From Rhynchopus sp. YZ270_cl-10 (lineage: Eukaryota), in the NCBI GenBank assembly GCA_964035575.1, contig OZ037847.1:310001-374000 (forward strand): a stretch of 64,000 bases of DNA, read 5' to 3'. The notes under the pieces were generated by a model. The model was given only the letters and a program-made list of their open reading frames with translations, had not been told where the DNA came from and searched no databases. Position numbers and translations under genes: made by a program. Position 1 is the first letter of the stretch. Every line of letters starts with the position of its first letter. Below are positions 12,400-25,430 of the stretch, one piece after another.

Positions 12400-15300
12400 C
12401 TACCAGAGTGGGACAAAAAAAAGCTCATCTCAAAATATGTCGATCACAAAAAATCACAAAAGATCACAAAAAATCACAAAAGATCACGACCTGTCGCAAA
12501 GAATCACAAAGAATTGTTTCATATACTAACTATTCTACTGAATACAAAGAAGAAAAATGATTATTTGCGATTTTTCGTGACTGCCCAGTTCCGACCCCCC
12601 TTGTCGCCACCCCAAAAATACGCGTTTTGATTGATTTGACAAATAAAGAAAAATGGACTTGCTCAACATACCCTTTGCCTAGTGGCGCTGCACCGAGTGC
12701 AAAAGAAATATGAACCCAAGCCTCATCGTGCTTGGAGTCACCCATAAAATGAACATAGTCCGAGAGTCTTGCAAGAGCGGATGCAAAACGAGAACAATTG
12801 ATTTAAAAAAAAAAACAGACCACAATTCTTCGCTTCTTTTTTCGTTCGTTTTCTTGTAATACCGGTAATCTACTCGTTTTACATTCTTCTCTCCACTTGA
12901 TTGTGCTAGGTAAACGTACGTTCTTTTTTTAAATCGTTTTTGTTTTGGTATTGCATCACCCAGCCCCTAGAGGCCAAGATATGGACAGACAGTAACTCTA
13001 ATCTGTTCCTTGCTTGCAGTGTCAATTTCTTCACCATTTTACCACCCTTTTTCGTTCACATTTGTGTCACAGTTTGTGGTGATCCCTATTTTGTCACAAA
13101 ATTGATACCCCACATCAGGTGTTTTTTTGCCCATTTCTGCAAAAGCAATTCACTTCCAACTGTCGTCCAACTGGATGAAAAAAAAGGCTTGCTCGCAGCT
13201 GTGCACACACCTTCTCGCTGGGGGAATATTTTTGACTATTAGGCGAAGCGCTGCACGAAACTAACACTGCGGTACAGCCTTGGTTTTTTTTTTTTTGGGT
13301 TTGATCTAATCTGGGGTTTGGTCAGGATGAGGGGTTGGGGAAGAGGGTCCAGGAAAAACAAGAGAATATGTTGCGATGATGCTGCAGGCACCTCAACTGA
13401 CCTGCTTTATAATGACAGCCCTGGATGAAAGCACTAAAAGAAAGAAAAGTATTTTCATCATATGCAATCAATAAATTGATAGTATATAGAAAGAAAAGAA
13501 AAAGGGGTTTGACAAGAATGAAATCTAAGTCTCTCGTAGACCTAGCTGCTTTGGAAAAAGAGAGGTGAGTTGCTTCGTTGACTGATACTGTACTTCAGAT
13601 ATGTGACGTCAAAAAACGTCAAATAGCCTCATTTGGAGCACTGCAGTCAGCTTGAAGGGGCTAAGCTCTTTTTTTTTTCAGCGAAAAAAAATAAAGTTAG
13701 ATTCATAAAAAAATAAGAGAAAAAAAATGGATGAGCTGTGCAACATCTGATAGAAGGAGGGGGGTACTACCTGATCATTTGAAAGCTATAAAAAAAAAAA
13801 AATAAATAAGTTTTCGCGGTGAATTAACCTCCTCTCCGACACAGCAAAAACTTAGTTCGAATAAGGGGTGTCTTGTTGTACGGCAAGACTACAGAAACGG
13901 TTACATAATAAAGTAAAGAAAGGAAGAGAAGAGAAAAAGAAAAAAAAACCCTCTGAAAAGATGTACCTGCCCTTCAATACAACTAAAGAGGATGATTGGT
14001 GAAAGAAAAATGTCCTAATAAAAGGCTCGGGGTTGAGGTTGAAAAGAAGAAAAAAAAGGGGTACGAAACGCAGGATTCAAGTAAAAAGAGAGAAAAAAAT
14101 AGGGAAAAAATCAGACAGATAAAATATAGTTGTCCTACGCAGATTGGGGGTTTTTTGCTTCGCTTTTTTAAAGACTTTGTAACCATCCTTTTTTTGTTTC
14201 ATTGTACGATGCAGGGCGGGGTGGCTGCTCGTCTTTGTTCACTTCCATGAATAGTCAGCCATAAGAAGAGTGCACGCGGACTTGTCTTTCGAGTATGAGT
14301 CCGACACGCCTCGGGGACCAAGGCGGTTAGTGTCGTGTGATATATCTGCTCAAGGGCAGTCTTGGGCCCAGCACTGTTTTTTTTCTCCCCCCCCCCTGGA
14401 CTTGTTAGGGCCATGTTGGGTGGTTTGCCTTTTTCGAATGTATTCGGATCGGTATTATCTTAGAAGCTTAGAACAAAACATCTCGCCATTTGCCACAAAG
14501 GGCACAGAGGGGTTGGCTCCGTATTTAACGCAGACACCTCAATCAATAAGCGCATCCAACTGCATTCAAAATATATAAAAAACAAAAAAATCACAACAAT
14601 AGAGAATCATAAATATCAGAGAAGGGTGAACAGAATAGGGGGGTTTGGGAGAGTTTAAAAAAATACTGTTTTGTAAGATGAACCTAAGTCTCTCTGCTGA
14701 GTCACCGTGCAAAAAAACAAACAAGGTAACGAAGGCGATAGATACTCTAGGCACCGACACTCTGCAGGGAAAAGAACTGCGTAGGATCACGGTATGCCCT
14801 CTTACAAAACGTGCAAGACTACATTTTCCCACTTCATTAAATATGTGATTTGACCTACAGCCCGACGTCATGCATCCACTTCCATGAATGAAGAATGAAT
14901 GTAGAGCCGATAATACTGAAGGGGCAACTGCCGTGTAAGCACACTCAGGGAGAGCGAACGCTAGTCGCTCTCCCTGAGTGTGCTTACAACTGAAGAACCC
15001 TGAGGGTGACCAAATTAAAAAGAATAAAAACAAAAAAGAATTCAAATAAAGTTTATAGGATGAACCTAAGCCTCTCGTGCGTAGTCACCTTCAAACAAAA
15101 AGACGCTTCAAGATAAGTAACATCAGTGATATTCTTTTCAGCGCTGTTTGGTTTCTTTGAGAAGTTCTGTTGTTTCTTCAATATGAGCGTCAAAACTACG
15201 TGTTTTTTGTATGGGTTCTTTTTTTTTTTTTTTTCTCTTTTTTGTTGTGTCGACAATCACCTGCTAGTGCAGGATCTGTACTCAATGTCGCCCGAAGGCT

Positions 15301-16608
15301 ATTGTACTTAAAAGATATAGACGGAGTTCGTCCTCAACTCTGGAAAGTCGCTTTTATTTATTGTTTATGCATTTAAGTGCTGTAATATACACAAAAGTTG
15401 CATCATCAAAGTTTGGGGGATAGGGTGGGTTAAAGGGGTCACGTGAGAAAATAAAGTAGTTGGTTAGAAATTCAGTACATCATGTTTCAGTCCTAACTGC
15501 ATACATTGGTAGTATCAGAGGGGGACATCGTCAGTGCAAGACCCTCCGAGATGTAAAGAGTTTTAACCACTGTTGCTATTATCAATTTTTTTTTTTTTTT
15601 GCGAACATTTCTCGGCTGCTAAAATAGCATCTGAGAGTTGGACCTCTGGACCTCTGAGAGTTGTGTGACAGTGTGTCATGGAGAGAGGGAGGCACCACAC
15701 ACATTTGTTTGTGCGTAAAGTGTGCAACAAATATTCTGTGTTGATATTCTTAGTACTACAATACGCTCCCACTACTGAGTACCTGGCCGTAAAGAGGAAA
15801 CCTCTTTGCAGAAGCCAAAAAAAAAAAAACGTGAGGGAACCACGTGTGCGGCCACCTCCTGACACTCGACTCACACCTCTCTCTCTCTCTCTCTCTTTGG
15901 TCATTTCTTGTGCCTCATACATACAACAGCTCTCAAGACAACTGGTAGAGAGACCACGGTACAAGGAACAACAAGAACAGAACAAGCAGATGCTTCCGTC
16001 TGTGTGGACAGAAAAAAAAAAAACAAAGTGTAGTGCAAACATTTAAAAAAAAACACTCGGTAAAAAGGGTGGGTCAAAATGAATTTGAGTGCCGGAGGCA
16101 CTGTAAAAGGGTTTGTGACACCAAGCGCTCTGTGCTGGGACACCTTAAGGATCGGGAGAAGGGGTTGGGGGGGGGGAAAGAGAAAAGAGAAAAAAGGTAG
16201 TGCAAATAAACCCTATCGTGTTGCTTTTGTCAGACACAGACGCTCAAAAAATGAGTGCAGGTACCAAAGACGACCAAAAGAGAAGGGGCACAAAAAGGCT
16301 AAAGAAATGGTAGTATTGATGCAGGCACATCTCCGACTGGGCGACATACGATGCCCCAGGGGGGGTGAGAAGCGGAAGTACCTGAAAGGGGGGAGGTGAG
16401 AAAAAGAAAAACGAAAGAGGCGCGCCGTACCGTACCATCATGTGGAACGGGGGGGCAAGGAACTTCAATCGTTCGTCTGTGTCGCACCTTCCTGCTGAAG
16501 GTATTTGAGCTTACAAAGGAAGATTTTTTTGGGTAAAGGTGAGTTAAAGCCTCACCTCAAAACTGTGGCAAAAAAACAAAAAAAAAAAAAAAGTAAGTGT
16601 GCTAAGAT

Positions 16609-18372
16609 CAGGCTTTGCGCTAACTTCTGTCCTTTGTCCCGGGATTTTTGGATATTTTTGTGGTGCGTTTTTTTTTTGCAAACCGGGGTTTCCTTAAGAA
16701 AACCAGAGAATCTCATATTTCATAGTAAGGGTACTTTAGAGTGTTTTCACACACACATGTGACCCCACCGTGGAGAGCAATCGGCTCGCGCGATCAAAAG
16801 AAAGCAGAGAAGAGGGAAAAGAAAAAAAGAAAAAAGTTGGGTACCGTGCGCCTGCGGCGCTACCTGTTCCTACCCTCCTTTATGTTTAAACATGATGTAC
16901 TTATGTACAGTTCATTTTATTTTGAGTACGACTCCACATCCCCCCTGAGGATGATCTCCCCTCCCTCACGGATAAAGATTGATTAGGACGCCGTGGGGCA
17001 CACCCCCTCCGAGGCCATATATAACCGTCCTAGGTTTTCTCACTCTTCTCTGTGGTCACTGAAACCCACAGCCATCACTACGTTACCGATAGCTTCTTCA
17101 GTACGTTGGGTTTTCAGACCTGAAAATAACCCTTGTTTACGAGTATGGGCTCATGTTTTGTCAAATTTTAAGTCGCTTGGTGTGGCTGAAACCAGCAAAT
17201 TTCACTGCTAAAGAACTGCTAACAAACTGCTAAATAATACCCTTTTTTTAGGGGTGGTGTATAAAAACATTTTTTTACCTTGGTTTTTCCACTCCCCCTG
17301 TTGGCGCGCCTCCACTCTTGCATACCCATGTGTGACCCCACCGTTGAACGCAATCGACTCGCTGAGTCAAAAGAACGCACAGAACGGGGCTGGAAAAAAT
17401 CACGAAAAACGCGTACCGTGCGCCTGCGGCGCCCACAAAGTGAGTTTTCCCCCTGAGTATGCTGTGTATACTGTGTATACTGTGTATACTGTGTATACTG
17501 TGTATACTGTGTATACTGTGTATACTGTGTATACTGTGTATACTGTGTATACTGTGGAAATTGACCAAAAACGAGAACTTGTTCATTTCGGCGAATTGAC
17601 CCCACCACTGGCCGGACGGATTCCGGAAATGCAAATGCCGGCGTTAAAAAGCTCACCAACGAAAAAAAAAATTTTTTTTTCCATCACCCGTGGGGAAAAT
17701 TTTTTTTATACACCACCCCCCCAAAAATGCATGCTAACAAAGTGCTAACAAACTGCTAAATAATACCCTTTTTTTTGGGTTCAGCCACACCATCGCTGCA
17801 TTTTTGTCCATTTTTCCGTACATCCCCCACCACAATCCGGGATTGGTTCGGAAATGCAACAAAACGACCTCTTGGCGGGGAAAAGCCACAGGAAATTTAT
17901 GCACTTTTTGCAAACAGGGGTTTCCTTACTAAAACCAGAGGAATCTCATCGTTCAGAGTAAGAGTACTTTAGAGTGTTTTTGGACACACATGTGACCCCA
18001 CCGTGGAGAGCAATCGGCTCGCGCAATCAAAAGAAAGCAGAAAAAAGGGAAACATAAAAAGACAAAAGTTGGGTACCGTGCGCCTGCGGCGCTACCTGTT
18101 CCCAGTAAAAACACCACAATTTCATCTGAATTTGGGTTTTCAGACCTGAAAATGCCCCTTGTTTAAGAGTATGGGTTCATATTTTGTGAAAAGTTAAGTC
18201 ACTAAAAGTTTGTCCATTTTCCCGAATATGCCCCACCACAGCGCGGGATTGGCTCGGAAATGCCACAAAACACTGTTTTTTCACCCCCTGACGCACAACT
18301 ATTTGAGGTGCGTTTTTTTGGTCCCGAAACACGTTTTTTCAGATTTTTTTCCAAAAGTTAGCGCGAAGCCTG
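16609..18372. mobile_element. hAT-type non-autonomous element with a duplicated core and a nested insertion
   Basis: TIR CAGGCTT(T/C)GCGCTAACTT. Perfect 8-bp TSD GCTAAGAT (16601-16608, 18373-18380). The core (catgtgaccccaccgtggagagcaatc...gtgcgcctgcggcgc) occurs twice and recurs at 51726-52286. Confidence 0.88.
17178..17792. mobile_element. Nested TG...CA TIR element with a 5-bp TSD, containing (CTGTGTATA)n
   Basis: TIR TGGTGTGGCTGAA(A/C)C; TSD TCGCT on both sides. The paralogous core near 18195 shows the empty site. Inner inverted repeat GGGGTGGTGTATAAAAA at 17251 and 17719. Confidence 0.8.
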
Positions 18373-21277
18373 GCTAAGATGTTTGGGAGATGGGAAAAAT
18401 GTACAGAAACACAACAAACACCCGGTGGAGTAAAAAAATTAAAGTGGGTTTTGGGATTTCGAAACTCGGGTTGCTACCCTCTACCAATGGTTGTTGTGTT
18501 GACTGTGCAAGGACACATCTTTCGAATAAGTACAGCGTGGGGCAAAAGGGGGAGAGAGGAAGTGGGTGACGAATAGGTGTGCCAATAAAAAAAATGAAAA
18601 CAAAAATAAGATGATACAAACAGTCTTCGCGCCAATTCTCGGTCGTGCTTCGTCTGAATGTTTTTTTTTTTTTTTTTTTTAGTTTTTGAGTTTTTCATCA
18701 AGCTGCACACCACGTGTTTAGTCTGATTAGGTTATTCTTTGGTTATTCATCAGACACGTGTTTAGTCACCTTGGAAAAAAGAAGTAAAACAAGAAAGTTT
18801 AAAGTGCAAAGCGTCTCTTCAGTAAGACGAACACGATAAAGGAAATCAATAAAGGAATAGACAGGGGGGGAGAAGGGAGAAGGGAGAAGAAGGGTTATAG
18901 GGAGCGATACGGTTAGTGCTACGGCCACAAAGGTCCCATAGTTCTTTCAAAAGTGTAAAGAAGAAGGAAAAAATAAGACATTGATCAAAAGGGCGAGGGG
19001 GAGGGAAACAACTCATGACATAAAACCAGACAAACTTCTGGCAGCTTTTTTTTAATAAACGTACGGACCTCAGCTAGCAGTGCCCGCGACGAGGGGGGTA
19101 TACGTTATCAAAAATCTGCACAGACTTTCTTGTACGCTTGCTGCACTCGTTTCCATTTTTTCTTTTTCTCTTTTCGTTCATTGTTTTTGAAGGTTTTTTC
19201 TTTTTTCTTTTTGCTTTTTGCTTTTGATATCTTGCCCTTTCTTGGACAAGCCTGACAGGCTGTGATAATTACTAACGTGCAAACTTTTAGAGTTCTACGG
19301 GATCATTTTAGTCGCCACCAATGTCAAAACATGGTTTCTGCGCACAATCACCTCGTAGCAAAGCCAGGGTACTGTGCTGCACACCTCATCCATGAATGCG
19401 GCAGACAATGATCTGACTACGGGAAAGTGTTTTTTTTTTGCTTTTTTGATAAATGACGGGATGCCACCCTGCAGATGGTCAACACTAGCTTGTATTGAAA
19501 AAAAATGCTCGAGAGACTCGTTGCTCTTTGTTGCAAGACTATAAACGGGGAGGGGGAAAAAATAAAGGTGGCTGTTCGCTTCCACACCCTGGGGCGTACA
19601 GATACTATGTGGGGGAGGGACAAGGGAGGGATACGCAGAACGCGCAACTGTTCATGAGGGTCTCGAGCATTTTGTCAATGTGTGCTATGTGTAAACTAAA
19701 AAAAAACTGCATCATTGGCATTTTGGGGGAGTGGGTGTGGGTAAGAGTTTCGCATTTTTTTTTTATTGTCCGAAAGGGTTGGGTGTTTAGAATAGTGGGT
19801 TTGGGTTTTTGAGAAAGGGAATAGAAGGAAGGAGGTGGTTTCAAAAATAAAAATGTTTGTATTTCTTGGGGGGTGAAGATTATTTCATAAAAAAAAAAAA
19901 ACAAAGAATAATGCACAAGAGAAAACCCTAGTACTATGATACCTACGCCTCGTATTCATAGCCTTGCTAATATATTAAAAAAAGGGGAAAAATAGTAACT
20001 CTGATAGGTAAGGAAAAGGAAAAAGGTTTTTTTTTTTCGTTGATTCCCACACAATTACCCTGTTGGAGGGGTGATTGGCGACCGTATCTGAGGAACTATT
20101 TCTCCTTTAAGCTACGCTTGTAGGTATAAAAATAAAAGAGGTTCAACTCTGGGATTTGCGTAATAACCAAAGTGTGAAGTACGGCGAAAGGAGTTTGTTT
20201 CTTTTTGTGGTTTGGGGCAGAAATCATCTGGCTGTAAGATGTACCGACTTAGTCACTTTTTTTTTATCACAATTCGTTAGAAAAAAACAAAACCCAAAAG
20301 AAAATATGGTAATAAGATGAGCCAAAGCCTCGCGTGTATACTTTTAAAAGTATTTCAACAGTGTGCTGTTGCACTCACTAAATTGATAGCATATGTTGAA
20401 GTATTAAAAGGAAACACAGGAAGAATGTCTCACAATGCATATTTTCTTTTTAAAACAACATTTTTTTATTTTTTACATCGGATGTAAGTTTGACACGAGA
20501 CTGCCACTGCTTTGAAAATGATTGAAAAAAGAATGGGGGAAAAAAAAGAACGCGCAAATACCCAAACTAACACCTGACGTTCCTCCGGAGCCTCCACTCA
20601 CGATAGAAGCCAAGCCACAGAGGGAAGCCATTGAAGCTCGGCAGACGAGGTCAGAGAAGACCCCTTATTTTTCTGCCAAGAACCAATGTCAAGAAGAAAA
20701 AATACATCGTTATAAGCAAAGAGGCCAGCTATGAGTCACCTTTGGAAACCTTTTGTTTCTTTCTTTTTGAATTTCCCCTAACATGCCATCTTAGGTACGA
20801 CCTCTCTCCCGCGTGTCAGTTGCAAAAACAACAACAACAACAACAAAAAAAAAAAAAAAAAAAAAAGAGCCTGGTCTGTGTGTCAGGTCCAGTAGCTCCA
20901 ACAAAAAAAACAAGCACAAAAAAGAAAACAATCTGGTACGGATCTCAAAGTAAAGAAAAAACGAAATAAAATGAAAAAAGAGACCAGCCTCAAGGGTGAA
21001 GTCTACTGTCCATGTCTCCACGGTGACTCCCGAGGAAACGGGAACAAACGGGGCACAGTTCCAGCAAACATTACAAAAAAGGCCACTTTAAAAAAAAAAA
21101 ACAAGAGGACTATCCTCTTGCAGCGTCATAAACACACAAAACACAAGAATAAAACACTAACCTTGATAGGCCCACGATGCTACGAGAAACGAAAATAAAA
21201 TAAAATGATAGTCATTAAGACGAGACACGCTGCGACTGAGCTATGTACGATGTCAGCCCTGGGTAAGCACATGTATT

Positions 21278-21940
21278 CAGGGTATTAGGGTGGTTAAAAA
21301 AACTGGTTTTGAAAACCAGTTTTTCCAAAAACTGGTTTTCAAAAAAAAAAAAAAAACAGAGAAATCTGGAGGGAAAAAAAAAACCGACACTTTTCACCAG
21401 GCCTTTCTGTAAATGTCGTCCCCAGATTAGGGCGGACTCGATTTTTTTTCCCCGCATTTTTTCCCCGCCTGGTAGAACCGTGGTTGAACCACGGGAGTGC
21501 CTTTGGGAAATGGCTGTTCCTTGATTTTTTTTTTGCCTGCGGAGCCATTTTTCATTTTTTTGCTCCGCAAAAAAGGGTTCGTTGAGTGGCTCTGTGGTGT
21601 AAAAAGCTAGATTTCTACACCGTACCCTCAAAATTTTTCGCCTGCGGCGCCATTTTGTATTATTTTTTTTGCTCCGCCAAAACACAGTCCCAATGTTCCC
21701 AATCTACCCTGGTCAGCAGCGCCGAAATATATTTTTAGCAAAAAACAAGCTGACCTCCCCAATCTTGAAATCTGGATTCCTGGATAAGACACTGACCCCA
21801 CCCCCGAAAAACCCGAAAAAGGTGACTGTGTCCGTCAACGGTGGAGGTTTTCACCGGAAACACTAGTTTTCGCCACCCAGGAGAGAAAACCAGAAAAACC
21901 AGTTTTTTCCGGAATTTTGGATTTTCACCCTAATACCCTG
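21278..21940. mobile_element. hAT-type MITE
   Basis: TIR CAGGGTATTAGGGTG; perfect 8-bp TSD CATGTATT (21270-21277, 21941-21948). Confidence 0.92.
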
Positions 21941-22388
21941 CATGTATTAGAAAACGGAAAAAAAAACCTGTAAGATGAATATGCCTCGCACATCTAAAAA
22001 TAAAAATGGGAATACTCATTGATGCAGGCACACCTCTGACTGACCCACGTACGATGCCAGCCATCCGAATGAAAATCACAAAAATAACCATTGCGAATTC
22101 TTAAGGTAAAAGAGACACACACATAGTAACAAAAACAGCGCACTCTAAACGAACAAGTTATGTAAAAAGTTGCAAGCAAGCAACTCGACATGAATTCGTG
22201 TGTTCGTGCTGGAAAAAGAAAGAAAAGAAAAGTCTTCCGCGTGTGTATGGGCAAAAAAGTGTTAAATACCTAAACCCTAGCCTCTGGAGAACCCCCCATT
22301 TTTTCCGACAGCAAAATCAATTGAAAGTGCAAACACCTCACCGGGCACCACTGCAACAATCAATCCAATATTGTTTTTTTCCCCCTAA

Positions 22389-24524
22389 TTATTTGCGGGT
22401 GAGATCTTTGTCGTGCATGTCTTTATCATCGCACGGTGAGTCTGCTGAGTCTGTCAGTGCGGACAGCTCTGCTGAATACACTGAGAGCGCATTTTTGAGT
22501 GCGTCCAGATTCTCCTGCGCACGGAGCAGCCGTGTGGTCGCGTCTGCGATGTGTGCGTGACGTTCTTCCTCAGTTGTTTGATGCAGGTGGTTCATGTACC
22601 GCAGGTCGAACACATCTGCATATGTGCCCCCCGCCTTCCCCTCTTCACTAAAGAACCGCGTGCGTATCATGTCCTCCCTTTCTGCCCTCTCAGCTGTCCA
22701 CATTGCACGGTCCTCTGTTACTGTTGCACGGCACCGTTGGATGGCACCTTCGCATTGTTTGACGGTGTATTCCCCAACGCAAATGTTTTCTTTTAAGAAG
22801 GCAATGCGTTTTTGAACATGGCAGCGTCGTTGTGCAAGGGAAACTGCTTCAGGTATGTTTTCGGTGAGAGTGTTGAACGCAGTGTGCTCAGCTTCGCAGT
22901 GTTCAGCACGCACTGCACCCTCTTCGCAGAGAAAGCTGCCAATCTGGCGATCCATCCGTTCCTGCTCCTGCAACACAATGAGCGCCCTTCCTTGCACACA
23001 GCTGTCCGCAGTCACCTCCATGAAACTCTTCCTCGTTGCAGTTAACGCATCCCGCTGCGCCGCCTCTGTTGGGAAGAGGGTCGCCATCTGTTTGCAAAGA
23101 GAGACCATTTTGTTGTAGGTCCAAAGCTCATCCTTGAGGATCCGTTGTCTACCCTCTGAGAAGTCCTCCACCAGAACACCATACGCCCCTTCTGCAGCAC
23201 GCATTCTTATCGGCTGCTTTAAGATCTTCGCAATCGGGTCACTTCGGTATTTCTCTGCATTCAACGTGGCGCGAGTTGCGTCAAGGATCTTTGCCACACT
23301 TTGCCGTGGCCGCTGTCTTCTCGGGGATACCGGCATATGCCCTAATAGCTCAAACTCGGGGAAGATTGTGTCAATGGATAAAGGCTCAAATGGAACGGAT
23401 GGTGTGTCAATAACTGCCTCATGTTTCCACAGAGCAGAGGGGAGGTTAAGAAAGGACTGCATCCACCCAGCGTTGGAATCGTCGTCGTTTGACGCCTCCA
23501 CGGTCGACTCTAAAGAGCTCATCGCGGAGAGCCACTCAGTTGGGCTCATTGGGCTGTTCAGGCTGTCCTCTCTGAGGAAGTGCTCTGCGGTGGAGTGCCT
23601 ACCTTTGACTGAGGGAGGTGGGGTCACCCCTTCTGATGGAGCCACGCTTGGACCGCCCCAAATAAGCGATAAGAAGCCCCTCTCGATCGGTGGCTCCATT
23701 TCGGACGCAGCGGCGATCGCTAAGAGACAGTAGCAGGCGGCAATCGGGGCGTGCTCGGCAGGGTCGTAGTGCGTCTCTTCTTCGGCAGCGCCCCAGAGCA
23801 GTGCCGAGAGGTAGCTCCGTTGCAGGGAGCGTGGCGACATGGCTGCGTTCTCAAGGGAGAGGTGCGTTATTGCTATTGCTGCAGCTACTGCGACATCAGT
23901 GGTTGTGGGGGCTTCTCCGTCTGCCGCTGCTTCCCAGAGGTTAAAGATTTGCCATGAAGACACCATGGTAAGAGGTGCTACACGTGTACCACGACGAGCA
24001 GCAACCGCTCCCCCGCCAGCCCCTATCACCGCCGCCACTGCTGCGACAAGAGTAAGTGTGGTGTCCTCGGTGGAAAGGCAGTTGGGTTCGACCAGAACTT
24101 CTTCTTCTTCTTCTGCGTCGTCTTCGCAGGCAGGCTCCAGGGAGGGTTCTTCGTGTTCTTCTGTTGCAGGGATTGTTTTGGAGGGGTTGTCGCTGTTGAG
24201 GCTGTTGAGGCTCGCAGATTTCACAAAGGGGAACGGTGCGGTGCGGTGCTTGCTGCCGACGTTGCGACGCATGATGTGCGAGCCACGGAGGGAGGGGGGG
24301 CTGCCTGGGGGCGACGACGAGGCGTTGCTGTGCGAAGAGAGCGGGGAGAGTGCGTGCGAGCGGCATATCTCCGGCGCCTGTGCCCCAGCCGCGTCTGCCT
24401 CAGAGTCCGTATCAACACGGATATTTGCAAACCCCACCCCCGCTTTCCACACACGACCCTCCACCACCGAAGGCACTACCTCTCTTGTGCGCAGCGCATC
24501 GTCGCGGTTGCTGTTGTTTGCCAT
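22389..24524 (-). CDS. Hypothetical protein, 711 aa, disordered N-terminus and coiled-coil-like C-terminus
   Basis: Long GC-rich ATG-initiated ORF in an AT-rich context with a pyrimidine tract upstream; no family recognised. Confidence 0.75.
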   Translation of the reverse strand: MANNSNRDDALRTREVVPSVVEGRVWKAGVGFANIRVDTDSEADAAGAQAPEICRSHALSPLSSHSNASSSPPGSPPSLRGSHIMRRNVGSKHRTAPFPFVKSASLNSLNSDNPSKTIPATEEHEEPSLEPACEDDAEEEEEVLVEPNCLSTEDTTLTLVAAVAAVIGAGGGAVAARRGTRVAPLTMVSSWQIFNLWEAAADGEAPTTTDVAVAAAIAITHLSLENAAMSPRSLQRSYLSALLWGAAEEETHYDPAEHAPIAACYCLLAIAAASEMEPPIERGFLSLIWGGPSVAPSEGVTPPPSVKGRHSTAEHFLREDSLNSPMSPTEWLSAMSSLESTVEASNDDDSNAGWMQSFLNLPSALWKHEAVIDTPSVPFEPLSIDTIFPEFELLGHMPVSPRRQRPRQSVAKILDATRATLNAEKYRSDPIAKILKQPIRMRAAEGAYGVLVEDFSEGRQRILKDELWTYNKMVSLCKQMATLFPTEAAQRDALTATRKSFMEVTADSCVQGRALIVLQEQERMDRQIGSFLCEEGAVRAEHCEAEHTAFNTLTENIPEAVSLAQRRCHVQKRIAFLKENICVGEYTVKQCEGAIQRCRATVTEDRAMWTAERAEREDMIRTRFFSEEGKAGGTYADVFDLRYMNHLHQTTEEERHAHIADATTRLLRAQENLDALKNALSVYSAELSALTDSADSPCDDKDMHDKDLTRK

Positions 24525-25430
24525 TAAGGAGGAGAGAGAAGAGAGAGGGTTATGGGTAATGTATAAAGCGTGAAACAGTGATAATCAAAAGCTGGGGGGA
24601 ATGAAAAAAAAATGGGTGGGTTGGGGGGGGGGGGGGGGGGATGATAGCTGTTGGAAGGGTAGGTGGAGAGAGGGAGGGGAAGTTGACAGTGCAAACGTCG
24701 AAGAAGCAGCGACGTTGTGTAGCGTGAAATATGTGTCTGTGGGATGAAGAAGTTCTGTCTGGTTGTCGCTTCCCCACGGAGGGACAATGTTGTGTAGGAA
24801 GTGCTATCGATATATAGCACAGTTGGTACCAGCATCGGAAAAATTGGGATGTGAGGAATATGATTGTTTCATATACCTTCTTTTCTGACGAAAAGAAGGT
24901 ATAGAGGGTGCTTAAAATGTACCCTTGCTTGCTGAGGAATATGAAAAATACAGGATGGGGGCATTTGTGTGTTGTGTGCTTTTGTCTCATTCGAACGTCC
25001 CTTTTTTGGCCACAAAACATAAAACTGACGAAATTGAAAAAAAAAAAGACAAAAAAAATAAAGTATCTGATCACCCCACAAGGGCTGTTGATACGAAGGA
25101 GGGCATGCAGAAACGGAAAAAAATGCAAAAATTTAAACGATCGAACGTCCGGGGGAACATGACATATAAAATCTTTTAAAACGTGACCACAAAATAAATA
25201 GAAAAACAAACCCCGACAGCTGGAGGTGAATATACCACCTCCGATACCTTCCCCCTCCCCGAAAAGAAAAAAAATATCCCATTTTCCTTTTTTCGTTCTT
25301 TGGGAACCGCCCCCCTGATTGGGAGAGATCAACTCCTGCCTCACGTGATGCCAAAAAAAAAAAAAGAAAAAAAAAATGCGGAAAAAAAAATCTGATACAA
25401 AATCTGATAAACTGACTCTTTTATGTTGTT

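Larger units (their letters stand above)
11401..12613. mobile_element. Non-autonomous TIR element carrying internal microsatellites
   Basis: Ends GGGGTGGCGACAGGGG / CCCCTTGTCGCCACCCC. AAAAATCAC-like subterminal repeats at both ends. TSD ambiguous (AAAAATT vs AAAAATA). Confidence 0.7.

Noticed and set aside
11606..12630. Several 200-300 aa ORFs (YTV, QYSTV, IHS repeats)
   Set aside because: Translations of stop-free microsatellites.
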